A stretch of DNA of 64,000 bases from Leucoraja ocellata (GCA_036785375.1 JAWMAR010000145.1:4836001-4900000); one strand, 5' to 3'. Shown: positions 36,686 to 50,859, counted from the first letter of the stretch. A program made the numbers and translations. The notes: generated from the letters alone by a model not told the origin.

Positions 36686-37560
36686 TCTGCTTTACCTTGC
36701 ACTAAAAGTTATTCCCTTATGTATCTATATACTGTAAATAGCTTGATTGTAATCATGTATTGTCTTTCCGCTGACTGGTTAACACACAACAAAATCTTTT
36801 CACTGTACCTCGGTACACGTGACAATAAACTGAAGTGAACTGGTGTAAGTTAACGATGCCTCAACCTTCAAAGTTTAATGGAGAAAGAATTTAATATTTT
36901 GAATTATTTTCATACAGTTAACAAATGAAAGAAACTCTGAGTTGAATTGGTGGCCATCTGTTTGAGAAATATTCTCTAAATGTCGTTATAATTAATGGAA
37001 AAGTCATTATAAATTCATCATTTATTAACCCCTCAATTGCACAAGCTGCAGGGGCCTATTTTGTCCTAATTGCATTCATTTGGTGCTGGCAGTAATATAG
37101 AATACAATATCGAACAAATGATCTTTTAATTTATACCAATCAGCACAGCTTGCCTACTGCTAATATCTTTTTCTGCCGTCTTGTTTTCATAGAAGAGTCA
37201 GTCTCCAAGTGAGAGACTGAGTGGGATGTATGGAAGTGGAAACGGCAGTATTGGGCTTGTTTGATTTCAAGTGTATCATGAGGTTGAATTATTTGGTCTC
37301 AAAGATAAAAATGGCAATGGTGTAGTTTTGATGTTGTTATCAGTTATAATACTGGATTGACATTTAGGTTCACTATTGTCATGTGTACAGGTTAAGAGTA
37401 ATGCTTTGTTTAGCATGCTATCCAAACAGATCACATATACCATACCTAAATACATTCAAGTCAAGCTCAAGTACTTTAGATTGAGAAAAGGGGAAAAGAG
37501 TGCAGAATATACTTCTCAGCATTGTAACATGTCAGTTCCACAGACAAAGTCCAATGTCCA

Positions 37561-38606
37561 GTGACTAGTGGGGTACCGCAAGGCTCAGTACTGGGACCCC
37601 AGCTATTTACAATATATATTAATGATCTGGATGAGGGAATTGAAGGCAATATCTCCAAGTTTGCGGATGACACTAAGCTGGGGGGCAGTGTTAGGTGTGA
37701 GGAGGATGCTAGGAGACTGCAAGGTGACTTGGATAGGCTGGGTGAGTGGGCAAATGTTTGGCAGATGCAGTTTAATGTGGATAAATGTGAGGTTATCCAT
37801 TTTGGTGGCAAAAACGGGAAAGCAGATTATTATCTAAACGGTGGCCGATTGGGAAAGGGGGAGATGCAGAGAGACCTGGGTGTCATGGTACACCAGTCAT
37901 TGAAGGTAGGCATGCAGGTGCAGCAGGCAGTAAAGAAAGCGAATGGCATGTTGGCTTTCATAGCAAGAGGATTTGAGTATAGGAGCAGGGAGGTTCTACT
38001 GCAGTTGTATAGGGTCTTGGTGAGACCACACCTGGAGTATTGCGTGCAGTTTTGGTCTCCAAATCTGAGGAAGGACATTATTGCCATAGAGGGCGTGCAG
38101 AGAAGGTTCACCAGACTGATTCCTGGGATGTCAGGACTGTCTTATGAAGAAAGACTGGATAGACTTGGTTTATACTCTCTAGAGTTTAGGAGATTGAGAG
38201 GGGATCTTATAGAAACTTACAAAATTCTTAAGGGGTTGGACAGGCTAGATGCAGGAAGATTGTTTCCGATGTTGGGGAAGTCCAGGACAAGGGGTCACAG
38301 CTTAAGGATAAGGGGGAAATCCTTTAAAACCGAGATGAGGAGAACTTTTTTCACACAGAGAGTGGTGAATCTCTGGAACTCTCTGCCACAGAGGGTAGTT
38401 GAGGCCAGTTCATTGGCTATATTTAAGAGGGCGTTAGATGTGGCCCTTGTGGCCAAGGGGATCAGAGGGTATGGAGAAAAGGCAGGTACGGGATACTGAG
38501 TTGGATGATCAGCCATGGTCATATTAAATGGCGGTGCAGGCTCGAAGGGCCGAATGGCCTACTCCTGCACCTAATTTCTATGTTTCTATGTTTCTATGTT
38601 TCTATG
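37561..38606 (+). mobile_element. Young 5'-truncated CR1 (uninterrupted 312-codon RT C-terminus) inserted into a LINE tail
   Basis: GVPQGSVLGP...FADD; (TTTCTATG)n tail; ATGTCCA at 37554-37560 and 38604-38610. Confidence 0.95.
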
Positions 38607-38679
38607 TCCATAATGGGGTAGAGGTGACTCCGGCACAATATTGTGGCAACTATATAAATACTGCAAATTCACTTTCGGG

Positions 38680-39005
38680 ATAGAAACATGGAAACATACA
38701 AAATAGGTGCAGGAGCAGGCCATTCGGCCCTTGAAGCCAGCCATTCTGATCTGCCATTCAATATGATCATGGCAAATCATCCAAATTCAGTACCCCATTC
38801 CTGCTTTCTCCCCATCTCCCTTGATTCAGTTAGCCCTGAGCTATATCTAACTCTCTCTTGAATACAGCCAGTGAATTGGCCCCCACTGCCTTCTATGGCA
38901 GAGAATTGCACAGATTCACAACTCTCTGGGTGAAAAGATTTTTCATCATCTCAGCCCTAAGTGGCCTAACCCTTATTCTTAAACTGTGACCCCTGGTTCT
39001 GGACT
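38680..39005 (-). mobile_element. CR1 3' fragment
   Basis: Reverse-complement homolog of 38280-38600. Confidence 0.85.
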
Positions 39006-39314
39006 CGTTTACCTATCTGCAACAATGTTCGGAAAAATTAGAAGATCCTTTAGTTCGATAAGGATGAAATAGTTTTAGTAAACAATTTAAAGAAAGTCTG
39101 AACTATTGGGGAAAAAAATGCTTATTAAGTGAACAGTTACTGAGATTAACTGGTTTTCATGCACTTAATGTCGAAGGGGCACTTACTTTCTGTATACTAG
39201 TCGTGGAAAGTGGTAAGGGGGCCTCTGATTTCAGTTTTCCTGAGTCTCAGTAGATGACTTAAGAGAACTGAAGTCTGTGGTTCCTTTACCATTTAGGATT
39301 GTCTAGGAGTTTAA

Positions 39315-40925
39315 AGTCATGGAGACATACAGCACGGAAACAGGCCCTGCGGCCTAACTCGTCCATGCCAACCAAGATGCCCTGTCTAAGCTAATCCCAT
39401 TTGCCTATGTTTGTCAGATATCTCTCTAAGCATTTTCTATCCTTGTATATGCTGTATATCATCTGCCTCAACCACATTCCCTGGCAGCTTGTTCCATCTA
39501 CCCACCCACCTGAGTGAAAAAGTAGCCCCTCACATTTGTATTAAATCCCACTCCTCTTAGATAAAACATATGCATTCTTATTTTTTGATTCCCCTATCCT
39601 GGGTAAAATACTCTGTGGATTTATCCTATGTGTTATAAATAAATATTATTAACACTCTTTCCAATTTAGTAACATATTTCCTGTGCCAGGATGCCCAAAA
39701 CTGAACACAGAATTCCAAGAAAGGCCTCACCAATGTATTTTACAACTGTAACATAACATCCCAACATCTATAGTTAATACCCTGACTGATGAAGGCCAAT
39801 GTACCAAAATCTTTCTTAACTACACTATCTACCCATGACACTACTTTCAGGGAATATGTGCCTATACTCACAGATCTCTCAGCTCTAGAACATTCCCCAA
39901 GGCCCTACCATTCACTGTGAAGGTCCTGCCCCAGTTTTATTTCCCAAAATGCGACACCTTTCCCTTACCTTTGTTAAATTCCATTAGTCATTCCTCACTT
40001 GCCCAGAAAATCAAAAGCCTGCAGTAATTTTTGATAACCAGCTTCACTATCTATGATACCCCTTATTTTAGTGTCATCTGCAAATTACTAATCATTCTCA
40101 TCCAAATCATTGATATAAATCACAAACAGCAATGGCCAGGCACAGCTCCCTGAGACACAGCACTTGTAAGAAGCTTCTAGCCTGAAAAGCATCCTTCAAC
40201 CTCCTACATATCTTTCAACTACATATCTACATATCTTTCTATGAAGCCAATTCTGGATCCCGTTAGCTAGGGATCTGGATCCCATGGATCCCATGCAATC
40301 TAACCTTCCAGAGCAGTCTACCATGCAAAACCTTATCAAAGGCCTTGCTAACGTCCATAGAGACAACATCACAACCGTGCCGTCATTTACCTTTTTTGGT
40401 TATCTCTTCAAAAAATGCAATCAAATTCATAAGAAACAATCTTCCACAAACAAAATTATGCAGGTATAAGCACCTGTCAATCCAAATGCATCTAATCCCA
40501 CAGAATCTACTCCGGTAACTTACTCACCACAGATGTTCACTGGTCTACGGTTCCCAACCTTTTCTTAAAAGGAAGCACAACATTTGCCACTTTCCATTCA
40601 TCCGGCACCTCACCTGTGTCAAACAATGATTTATATATCTCACCCATGCCTCCTGCAATTTCTTCTCCAGCTTCCCACAGCATCCTTGGACAAATCTGAT
40701 CAGGCCCTGGAGATTTATCCGCCTTCATATGCCCTAAGATGTCCAGTACCTCTTGAACGTAATGGACTGCCCACAAGACATCTCCATTAATGGTCGCAAC
40801 TTCCCTAGCCTTCATGTTTTTTTTATTCACAGTAAAATCAGGGGAGAAATACTCATTGCTGACCTTGCCCATCTCCTGTGGTTCCATACATAGGTGATCG
40901 CTTTGGTTTTCTGTGGGGCCCTATT
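39315..40925 (-). mobile_element. Old CR1 ORF2 remnant
   Basis: ORF 40537-40887 DKSPGPD.I.PR.L.E...W..ANV; degenerate 3' end. Confidence 0.85.
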
Positions 40926-41118
40926 TAATTTGTACAATATCATAAAGATTTGGGGTTGTATTGATAAAAACTCTACTGATATTTTGGAGATAAACCAAGC
41001 ACCTCAGTCGTAGTAGCTTTCATACCTCTGGACACCCTCTGATAGGTGGTTGATTCAACCTAGAAACCGTGTTAAAAAGTTGACCTCATCCTGCAAATCA
41101 GGATCATGTTACTGACAT

Positions 41119-41360
41119 TGTGTAGGAAGGAAATGCAGATGCTGGTTTTACACCGAAGATAGACACAAGATGCTGGAGTAACTCAGCCGGACAGACAGTA
41201 TCACTGGAGAGAAGGAGGGGGTGATGTTTTGGGTTGTGAGCCTTTCTTCAGACTTTTCCGAAGTGTGAAGAAGGGTCTCAACCTGAAACGTCACCCATTC
41301 CTTCACTCCTGTGATGCTGCCTATCCCACTGAGTTACTGCAGCATCTTGTGTCTATCTTC
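41119..41360. mobile_element. Palindromic Penelope-derived insert (about 95-bp arms)
   Basis: 41155-41253 is inverted relative to 41265-41360. Confidence 0.85.
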
Positions 41361-41409
41361 ATGTTTTTGGATGTCTAATCTTATATTTAATTGATTAACT
41401 GAATGATAC

Positions 41410-41760
41410 CAGCAGTGTTGGTGAGCCGTGGTCAAGAGCTCTGGAATCGTACGTTCATCCCACAATTAACTCTGTGGAACTTAAATTCAGTGAAATAAAA
41501 TTGAAAAATCTTACGTCATTGGCCATGAATCATCTATAAATTCAATCGGTTCACCAAGTAAAGGGAATACAAAATTGTTTCCAGTTCTTGGCTATATGTG
41601 ACTCCACACCCTTGGCAAGAGGTTTGTGCAGCAGTAGGTGAGCAAGCCAATCTGTTATCAAATTGCTTTGTGAAGTTCAACAGATGGTTCACTGTCTCCT
41701 TCATAGCCTACTTAGGAATGATGAATAAACCCTAAAATAAAATCCAATTAATGAAATAAA
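41410..41760 (+). mobile_element. Ancient SINE, DeuSINE/SacSINE-like
   Basis: ggctatatgtgactccacaccc...gagcaagcca motif; related minus-strand remnant at about 51780-51960. Confidence 0.5.
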
Positions 41761-42211
41761 CATGATTCATTATAGCTCCTTTTTAACATTTGTATTCCCT
41801 CCTTCCCCGATCCGCAATACCACCCACATATACGCATACTCAATCCATCTTGATTATGACGTAATATTTTGGAGTGTAAGTATGGAGGCATAATTTGGAT
41901 AGACAGTCAGAGACTTTTCGTCAGCATGGGAATGTCAAAAACATGAGGGCATAGCTCGAAAGTGAAAGGGGCAGAGTTTAAACAAGAAGTTCTTTAAACA
42001 GAGGATGATGGATGGCCAGAGCAAGCTGCCTGGGATGATGGTGGGGTCAGATACAAAAGTGCCATTGACAAAATGGGCCAAAAGGCCTGTTCCTGTGCGT
42101 ACTTTCTAGATTCTGTTCTATATTGTAGAGCACACAGAAACTAATCTGCACACAGGAAATGACAATTAGAATGACCTGATAATCATTAATTCTGTAAACT
42201 GCGGGAGTAGT

Positions 42212-42460
42212 GTTTAGTTTGTTTTTGTTTAGTTTAAATGAGCAACATCGAAACAGGCCCTTCGGCCCACTGACTCCATGCTGACCAATGATCACCCATA
42301 TACTAGTTCTATGTCCGACACACTGGGGGCAATTTGCAGAAGCCAATTAAGCAACAAACCTGCATGACTTTGGAAAGTGGGAGGAAACCAGAGCACCCAG
42401 AATTAGCAGTCAAATTGAGAACTTAAAAATCCACGCAGGCAGCACCCATAGTCAAGGTAC
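42212..42460 (-). mobile_element. V-SINE
   Basis: aaacaggcccttcggccc...gtgggaggaaacc. Confidence 0.75.
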
Positions 42461-42960
42461 TGTGCTATCCTTAATTCCCGTGTTCTCCAGGTTACCTGAG
42501 GTAACATCTCTGCTCTTCAGAATTGTGCTATGGAACCTTCTTAAACGAACAGTTTAGCAAATCCTGACAACAGCGTAGTACTCCTTTGGTTGTCTACTAG
42601 AGTGTGACTTGAACATGGATCCTGTTCATTAAGTGGCATATGTACCAAATGAATCACAGCCTAGGAAAAGTGGGAAGAATCAAGAAAGAAATAACAAGTA
42701 CAAAGCTTTGACCAGAAGTAAGTCATCGAATCAAGTCAAGTGTACTCTCGTATGCATTAGGATGGTGAGTTACAGTACAATGGATATTTTGCAAGCAGCA
42801 GCATCACAGGCACAAAGAATCAGACAACACACAAAAACATTAATTATGTGAAAATTATGCATAAATTACGTAAATTCTAAAAGACAGTGAAAAGAAACAA
42901 ACGGTGCAAAAAAAGACATTAGTGCAAAAAGACAAAATTAGAAAATACGTTCGAAATATA

Positions 42961-44479
42961 CAGACACTCCCTAGCAATGTTACAAAATTTTGAGATTTAA
43001 AAAATCAAGTCTGCAATTTATCCCATCAGATAAAGCATAACAATAAGTTTAATTTGACACCTAATTCACTTTCATATCTCAAGTAATAAAAAGGTTATGG
43101 CCATTTTCATACTCGGAAATTAGCATCTTGTTCCCTATTGATTTTCTATGGACATAACAAAAAAGCTGTGACCGAGGACAGTCAAAAGCCCATAACCTTC
43201 TTAAAAATTAAGAGAACTGAATGAAATTTTCAGTTATCATAGATTGAAGCATTCTGAAACAAATATAAAATAATCTTACTTTGATGACCTGATATTAAAG
43301 CATATAATTAGTTAGTTACCCAATTGTAGCTAATTTCAAACTTCAATTACTAGATCTAAACATCTATCCATTTCTTAATAAATGATTAACATTTTTAAAT
43401 AACCCAAGTGTCCAAATAATATTCACAAATAATTCACAATAAAACATGATTTTTAAATCTCATTTACATCAATTTATAGGCCAAATGGAAGGAATTTAGT
43501 GTTCAATTGCTGTAAATGAAAGTCAATTTAAATCAGCTTTCTAGTGGGTTCCTGTGAACGCGCTGGTTTAGAACGTTCACATTGCGCTGGATTTGTGCCC
43601 TCAAATGCCCAGAAAAACACTGCGGGATATAAAGAGCCCAAAATGAGCTACTCGCTATAGTAAACTTTATATACAGGGTTCTTGAGAAGCCCCATTTAAT
43701 GTAAAAATAAGGTACATACCTTTAATTGTTTGCTTTATAAAACCCTGGGGCTGCGAGAGGTTGCGAGTTTAGAGAGTGATTTTTAAACTACTATAACTAT
43801 TTTACAAGGCCATAAAAACTAATAATACCTTTTGCGACGGGGTCTTTCAGCGATTTTCCGTTAATGATTTACTAGGCTGAACATTTTCGATTGCAACAGC
43901 CCAGTGAAAATCGCGTTTTAAACCCGCCCCCTCTAAACAGCGCCAAAATCGCGCACACGGGGTAGGGCAGATGCTCAGCCACGATTCAGGTAGGTTTTGT
44001 AACATACCTACACTCCCCGCTTACGCAATTGGCAACTTAAGTAACTCACACTTAGTTAACAATTCTGTACTCAGTGACTAGTGCAATCAATAGGCAATAA
44101 AAATAACCCACAGATACTCGTTAATACCAAAGATAGAAACAAAATGGCGAACTAACTCAGCGGGTCATCCTAACTCAGTGTCTATACTAGTGCAATCAAG
44201 GCAGTTTGTAATTCCCACAACACTGTGTTCAGGTTTATATTGGCAACAAGCCACAGAAAGTGCCCCAACTGCGAGACGGAAGTCAAGCTGGCAATGGTAG
44301 GGGTGTTCACCCAGAAGGTTGCATGCCACAGAAAGTGCCCCGGACACAGCTGGATGCCGCTGAGGCAGTTGGTACTCTCAGTGAGTATGGGCACAGCGTC
44401 GGTGATCCCGACTTGCGTCAAATCTGATTTATGTGAGGGTTCACGGAATGTAATCCTTATGTAAGTTGGGTAGTGCCTG
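42961..44479. mobile_element. Tc1/mariner (Tigger/pogo-like) MITE hosting a nested element
   Basis: TIRs CAGACACTCCCCGCTTACG (split by the insert) and CAGGCACTACCCAACTTACA; TA on both sides (42959-42960, 44480-44481). Confidence 0.65.
42972..44010. mobile_element. 1039-bp non-autonomous DNA transposon (hAT-like)
   Basis: 16-bp TIR TAGCAATGTTACAAAA / TAGGTATGTTACAAAA; CACTCCC duplicated at 42965-42971 and 44011-44017. Confidence 0.8.
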
Positions 44480-45126
44480 TATTCAGAAACTGTATGTGTC
44501 AGTAACGTATCCAAATAGATTTTTATTTGCAAATATGCACTGGACAACATGGTACCAAGAAGAGTTATACAATGCATGTGACTTAAGGCACACATCATAG
44601 TCTTGCCTCCACATGTAGAATTGTTGCTTCACAGCAGGGTTCTTTTATTAACAGCCTGTTAATGCCGAACAGATTTTCCATTTTACTGTTCTAATAAGCA
44701 TGTGTAGTGCACTGAGAAATGGATTGCTCCCTGCATAAATAGTCTAAAAACCTAACCATCAGGCCATGTACATGGCAATCAATGGATTGGTCGATTGTGA
44801 ATTTCTAAAATTGATCCAAACTTGGCAGAAAGCTTGCTGGAAGAGAATTTAATTGGTTTAATTCCCTCAGGTGGAATAAACAAGAACCACACATTGGAAT
44901 GAGTTGTTTGTCCAAAGAATAAACAAGTTTGTACGGCACTTATTATAATTTTGAATCTACTTGCTGAATAAGTAAATCAGCTCAGGGTAGCTCATTGTGT
45001 GTGTTTTTTTTTTAATTAATATCAGTCTCAGGATGTGCGATAGGATAAAATGACTTTTTTGATATTTGGGAATCGAACCACCCATTGGTCTGTTCAAATG
45101 TTCTCAAAAGGACGGAGAAACAGTGC

Positions 45127-45171
45127 CTTCTTCTTCTTGCGTATGGCGTGCACAGCCTAAAGTTGTAGGTC
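45127..45171 (-). mobile_element. 3' tail of the Vingi-like short element
   Basis: ttcttcttcttgcgtatggcgtgcacagcctaaa matches 14723-14766. Confidence 0.75.
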
Positions 45172-45339
45172 AAGGGTAGACACCCAGGCAAGGACAGCAT
45201 CAGTTACTGGGTGGATGGCTTTGATGACAGCAGGAAATAGCCTCAGTGAGCAGTCATTCACAATGTGTGGGATGGGATGGTCTGGTCTGGATGTCCGCAG
45301 TCGCAAGCAGGGCTGTCTGTCATCCCCCACTTATGCAGA

Positions 45340-45580
45340 TGATTTTTCACACAGAGAGTTGTGAGTCTGGAATTCTCTGCCTCAGAGGGCGATGGAGGCC
45401 AGTTCTCCAGATACTTTCAAGAGAGAGCGAGATAGGGCTCTTACAGATAGCAGAGTCAGGGGATATGGGGGAAAAGGCAGGAATGGGGTACTGATTGGGG
45501 AAGATCAGCCATGATCATATTGAATGGCGGTGCTGGCTCGAAGGATGGCCTAATCCCGCACCTATTGTCTATTGTCTATG
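45340..45580 (+). mobile_element. CR1 3' fragment
   Basis: acacagagagttgtgagtctggaattc...cctattgtctattgtct. Confidence 0.85.
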
Positions 45581-45696
45581 AAGGGCTGTTCTTGCATAGA
45601 GGGTGTGGATTCTGTTCCTAGAATAGAATATTCTAGGAATAAACCATCAGAACTGTATGCATTTGGCAGTTGATTTTTCTTGCAGTATCTGATTTT

Positions 45697-46450
45697 ATAG
45701 AAACATAGAAACATAGAAATTAGGTGCAGGAGTAGGCCATTCAGCCCTTTGAGCCTGCACCGCCATTCAATATGATCATGGCTGATCATCCAACTCAGTA
45801 TCCTGTACCTGCCTTCTCTCCATACCCCCAATCCCTTTAGCCACAAGGGCCACATCTGACTACCTCTTAAATATAGCCAATTAACTGGCCTCAACTACCT
45901 TCTGTGGCAGAGAATTCCACAGATTCACCACTCTCTGTGTAAAAAATGATTTTCTCATCTCGGTCCTAAAAGACTTCCCCCTTATCCTTAAACTGTGACC
46001 CCTTGTTCTGGACTTCCCCAACATCGGGAATAATCTTCCTGCATCTAGCCTGCCCAACCCCTTAAGAATTTTGTAAGTTTCTATAAGATCCTCCCTCAAT
46101 CTTCTAAATTCTAGTGAGTACAAGCCGAGTCTATCCAATCTTTCTTCATATGAAAGTCCTACCATCCCAGGAATCAGTCTGGTTAACCTTCTCTATACTC
46201 TCTCTATGGCAAGAATGTCTTTCCTCAGATTAGGAGACCAAAACTGTATGCAATACTCCAGGTGTGGTCTTACCAAGACCGTGCACAACTGCAGTAGAAC
46301 CTCCCTGCTCTTATACTCAAATCCTTTTGCTATGAATGCTAACATACCATTCGCTTTCTTCACTGCCTGCTGCACCTGCATGCCTACTTTCAATGACTGG
46401 TGTACCATGACATCCAGGTCTTGTTGCATCTCCCCTTTTCCTAATCGGCC
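45697..46450 (-). mobile_element. CR1 3' fragment (same family as 37561-38606)
   Basis: ORFs 45881-46165 and 46193-46486; (TTTCTATG)n tail. Confidence 0.92.
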
Positions 46451-46669
46451 AGGATTCCTAATATGCAGGATTAAACAATAACCCAATTCCGCAGATGCTG
46501 TAAATCTGATCTAAAAAAATAAAACTGCTGGAAATGCACAGCAGTACCACTTTTGGCTTCTCTCTGGTTTTATTTCATATTGGGGCTAACAATGTTAGCA
46601 AATATTACAAGCAAACATTGTTAATCAACTAGTATAGCAATCTTATACATAACAGAAAAAGGTGAGTAA

Positions 46670-47322
46670 AACTAGTTATTGAACATACTGACTGGTTGCA
46701 TCATGGCCTGGTTCGGTAACTTGAACACCCAGGAATAAAGGAAGCTGCAAAAATTGGTTGACATGGCCTGGTCCATCACAGGCACTGAGTTCCCCACCAT
46801 TGAAGGGATCCACAGGAAGCGCTACTTAGTGTGGTTCTTTGATGACATTAGCTGTCTTTTTGAAGTAGCGGTTCCTGTGGATACCATCAATCTAATTGTA
46901 ATGGATGAACAGTTCTCCAAGTTTGATGGTAAGTTTTGAGTTAAAACATAAATTATACGTAAATTTTATGAGACAGTGAAAAGGAGAAAAAAAGACCATA
47001 AAGCAAGACATCAGTGCAAACCTATACAATTAAAAAGCAAGTGTAAGAAATGGTCCATAATTTTCCCAGATGGAGATAGAATGTGGATAGTGCAAGTCGG
47101 TTCAAGAAGCCGATGGTCGTTGGAAAAGAACAGTTCCTGACCCTGATGGTGTGGGATTTCCGTGGTCTGTACTTCCTGCTGACGATAGCAATGAGAAGAG
47201 CATGGCCAGATGATTGTGATACTTGATGAGAGATGCTGCCTTCTTGAAGCAGCTCCTTGTATAGGTGTTTTGGATGGTGGGGAGCCTGTGTCCATAATAG
47301 ATCGGGCTGAGTCCAATACCCT
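46670..47322. mobile_element. Old Rex1-like fragments (46670-46825 +, about 47010-47322 -)
   Basis: tgcatcatggcctggttcggtaac; SITGTEFPTIEGI. Confidence 0.65.
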
Positions 47323-47324
47323 GT

Positions 47325-47502
47325 AAAGGAGTAGAAAGGAACTGCAGATGCTGGTTTCACACCTTACTTGTCCATATCTCTAGACTCCCTCTCCCTTGAC
47401 TCACAGTCTGAAGAATGGTCTTAATCCGAAATGTCACCAATTTCTTCTCTCCAGAGATGCAGCCTGTCCTGCTGAGTTACTCCAGTTTTGTGTGTCCACC
47501 TT
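47325..47502. mobile_element. Penelope-derived insert (short inverted arm + forward repeat, hammerhead at 47408)
   Basis: cagtctgaagaatggtcttaatccgaaatgtcacc. Confidence 0.8.
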
Positions 47503-48234
47503 GTTAATAAGACTGTGGTCTAATCAGCTCTGTTCAGTTAAAAGCTATTGCAGAATGCAACAGCCAACCTGATTCAATGGTGTGCAAAAGCAGCTATGTC
47601 TCCATTTACAAAGCTCCATCTCGTGTGTGAAGTTAGACTTATCTGTTACAATGATATAAAGTTTTCTAAATATTCCAACATTGCTCTATATATGAAGATA
47701 AATTGTTTACAATCTTTCATGCAGCATTTCAATTTAGTTAATGGAAGTTACTTCAAAAATTGAGAATGAGGTTTTCAGATATTGACATATTTTCAGTTTG
47801 ATGCCTTTGAATATGATACAGCACTACAATGGCTAGTAACAAAACAGACGAACCCAGAAGGAGATAAGTATCTCCCATTTCACTGGTATTTGCGCTATGT
47901 GTATAGAGAAGTAGTTTACAATCTTTAATGTAACAAATAGATTCAGTTTCTGGAAGTTTTCTTTGTAAATTGAGAACCTGCTTTGCCTATTCATTGGCAA
48001 CGCTCCCCTGTAGCTCGAGAAGTCTTGTTCGTATGTTTTTTCAAGAGCCGGCTGTAAACATAGGCCCTGCTATTTTATGTTATATTGACAATGAGAATTT
48101 GCTAACACGTTAACGGGGAAGTCATGCGGTAATTACCAAGGCAGCATTAACTGCAAAACATGGTAACATTGTTCCACAATGGTGGTTCTTGCTCTTAAAG
48201 TGACTTCCACAAACTGTGTTACTGTATAGATGCA

Positions 48235-48905
48235 TCGTAGAAAGCATTGTATCAGGATGCATCACAGCTTGGTTTGGCCACAGCACTGTCCAAGACTGGA
48301 AGAAATTGTGGAGAGCTGCGTTATAGTAGCCCAGTCCAGCACACAGACCAGCCTCCCTCCCCCCATTGATTCCATCTACACTCCAGGCTGCCTTGGGAAA
48401 TTAACCAAAATAATCAAGGACCATTTTCACTCTGGTCATTCACTCTTCTCCCCTCTCCTGTCGGGCTGAATATACAAACGCATGTACCATCAAATGCAGG
48501 AACAGCTTCTTCCCCGCTGTTATCAAACTTCTGAACGGTTCTCCCATAAGCTAAGATGTAGTCCAATCTTCCAACCTACCTAATTGTGCTTTTCCTCTGT
48601 TTCTGCGCCATTGTGTTGTTACCGATTGTTACCAATCCTTACTGAATAAGATCTGCTAACGAGGAATTCGAGGATCCACTTGCATAGGGAGGGACAGACA
48701 CACAGTTTCCTGAGTATAAAAGGGATGAGGGTGTTGAACGGAGAGCTGTAGTTGAGGAACAACAACCCGATGAACACTTTACTGTAGTCCAAGTGATCCA
48801 GCACAAATTAAAGAGCCAGCGAGATCACAAACATTGTTGGTCTGTTGCAGTGGTAGGTGAATTAAAATAGGTGCAGGTCATTATGGCAGGAGTTGATTTG
48901 CATGA
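48235..48905. mobile_element. Old Rex1-like fragments (+ then -)
   Basis: IIKDHFHSGHSLFSPL; LFLNYSSPFNTLIP. Confidence 0.7.
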
Positions 48906-49285
48906 GTTCTCTCATACTCTGTATGTTGCATTGCCTGTGGGCAAGAAACCAGTGCAACTGGGCTCCCAAGCATCGTTAGGCTATCCAATATCAGCATCTC
49001 TATTTCAATAAATGAATAAAAAGAAAAAAAACTGATCGCAGTCAAACCTGTCAATTGAACATGCTGACATGTGGAGTTTTTCTGGGAGGATACGTTACAA
49101 GTCTAAGGCAGAACTATAACCTGGTAAATAAGGCATATTTTTCCAAACAGGGATTATTTCAATAGAACTTGTCATTAAAAATGTTCTGAGAATAACAAAT
49201 GCATAGAACCATGCAGACATGAGAGCCTTTCAAAGGAATTATTAATTCATTGCAAATTTAGGCATTGATGTTGGAAAAATAACTT

Positions 49286-50155
49286 AGTCATAGAGTAACA
49301 CAGTGTGGAAACAGGCCCTTCGGCCCAATTCGCACGCACCAGCCAACAATGTCCCATCTACCCTAGTCCCACTTGCCTGCGCTTGGACCATAAACCTCCA
49401 AACCTGTCCTATCCATGTACCTGTCCAACTGTTTCTTAAACAATGGGATAGTCCCAGCCTCAACTACCTCCTCTGGCAGCTTGTTCATACACCCACCACC
49501 CTCTGTGTGAAAAAATAACCCCTAGGATTTCTATTCAATCTTTTACCCTTCACCTTGAACCTATGTCCTCTGGTCCTCGATTCCCCTTCTCTGAGTAAAA
49601 GACTCTGTGCATCTACCCGATCTATTCCTCTCATGATTTTTTTTACCTCTATAAGACCTCCCACATCCTCCTACGCTCCATGGAATAGGGAACCAGCCTA
49701 CTTAACCTCTCCCTATAGCTCACACCCTCTAGTCCTGGCAACATCCTCGTAAATCTTTTCTGAACCCTTTTAAGCTTGACAATATCTTTCCTATAACATC
49801 ATGCCCAGAACTGAAAACAATATTCTAAATGCAGTCTCACCAACACCTTATACAACTGCAACATGACCTCCCAACTTCTATACTCAATACTCTGACTGAT
49901 GAAGGCCAAAGTGCCAAAAGCCTTTTTGACCACCTTATCTACCTGCGACTTGACCTTCATGGAACCATGCACTTGTACTCCTGGATCCCTTTGCTCTACA
50001 ACACTACTCAGAGGCCTACCATTTACTGTGTAAGTCCTGCCCTTGTTCGACGTTCCAAAACGCAACACCTCACACTTCTCTGTATTAAATTCCATCAACC
50101 ATTCCTCCGCCCACCTGGTCAATCGATCCAGATCTTGCAGCAATCCTTCACCTTT
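49286..50155 (-). mobile_element. CR1 3' fragment
   Basis: ORF 49799-50251 WLMEFNTEKCEV...VVKKAFGTLAFI...LEYC.QFW. Confidence 0.9.
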
Positions 50156-50859
50156 GGCCAATCGACCTTTGGAGAGTCCAATGTAGTTTACAGCAACAAA
50201 ATACTGATCTGTTGTAATTGTCGTTAGCAGTGTAGGAAACATTGGAACCAAGACTAACCAGACTTTATTCTGGCATAGTGAGGTAGCACTGTCACCGCAC
50301 CGCCCTGTTGTTTAATTAGACAGTATTGCTGTCTAATTTTTATGTTCACAATGAGACGTTTGAGTCTATGAACTTCTAACTCTCAGAACTACCACTGAGC
50401 AATTTTCCCAAAAACACTCTCTTAATTATACTTCCTTTTCCAAACGTGGCCAGGTTATATCTGGTAGATCTGTGGAAACAAAATACATTCAATGGGGTAC
50501 TGGACCCTGTAATAGTAATGGTAAACAGTTAAAAGTGTATAAATCCATCACTTTGCGTCTATTCCAGGAGACAATTTTGCACTGAGTTAACTGAGGAATG
50601 TAACTCAATATAATGATTTTAGGACATGATTACTAATGGCAAGATATTAAGATCACATCATTTAAAGCAATAAAATAAATATCTATCACAGGACTGTAAT
50701 TTATCGAAGAGATTTGAATGTCATTGTGCACAGAACTCCAATGTTTGTTCAGCAATCTAAATCCCATTCTGGTATCAAGATCCTGGACACATCCTTTACA
50801 TATGTAGCTGATCGATGAATGAACAATTTTGGCTCATAGTTTTGTGCACTGAAATAAGG

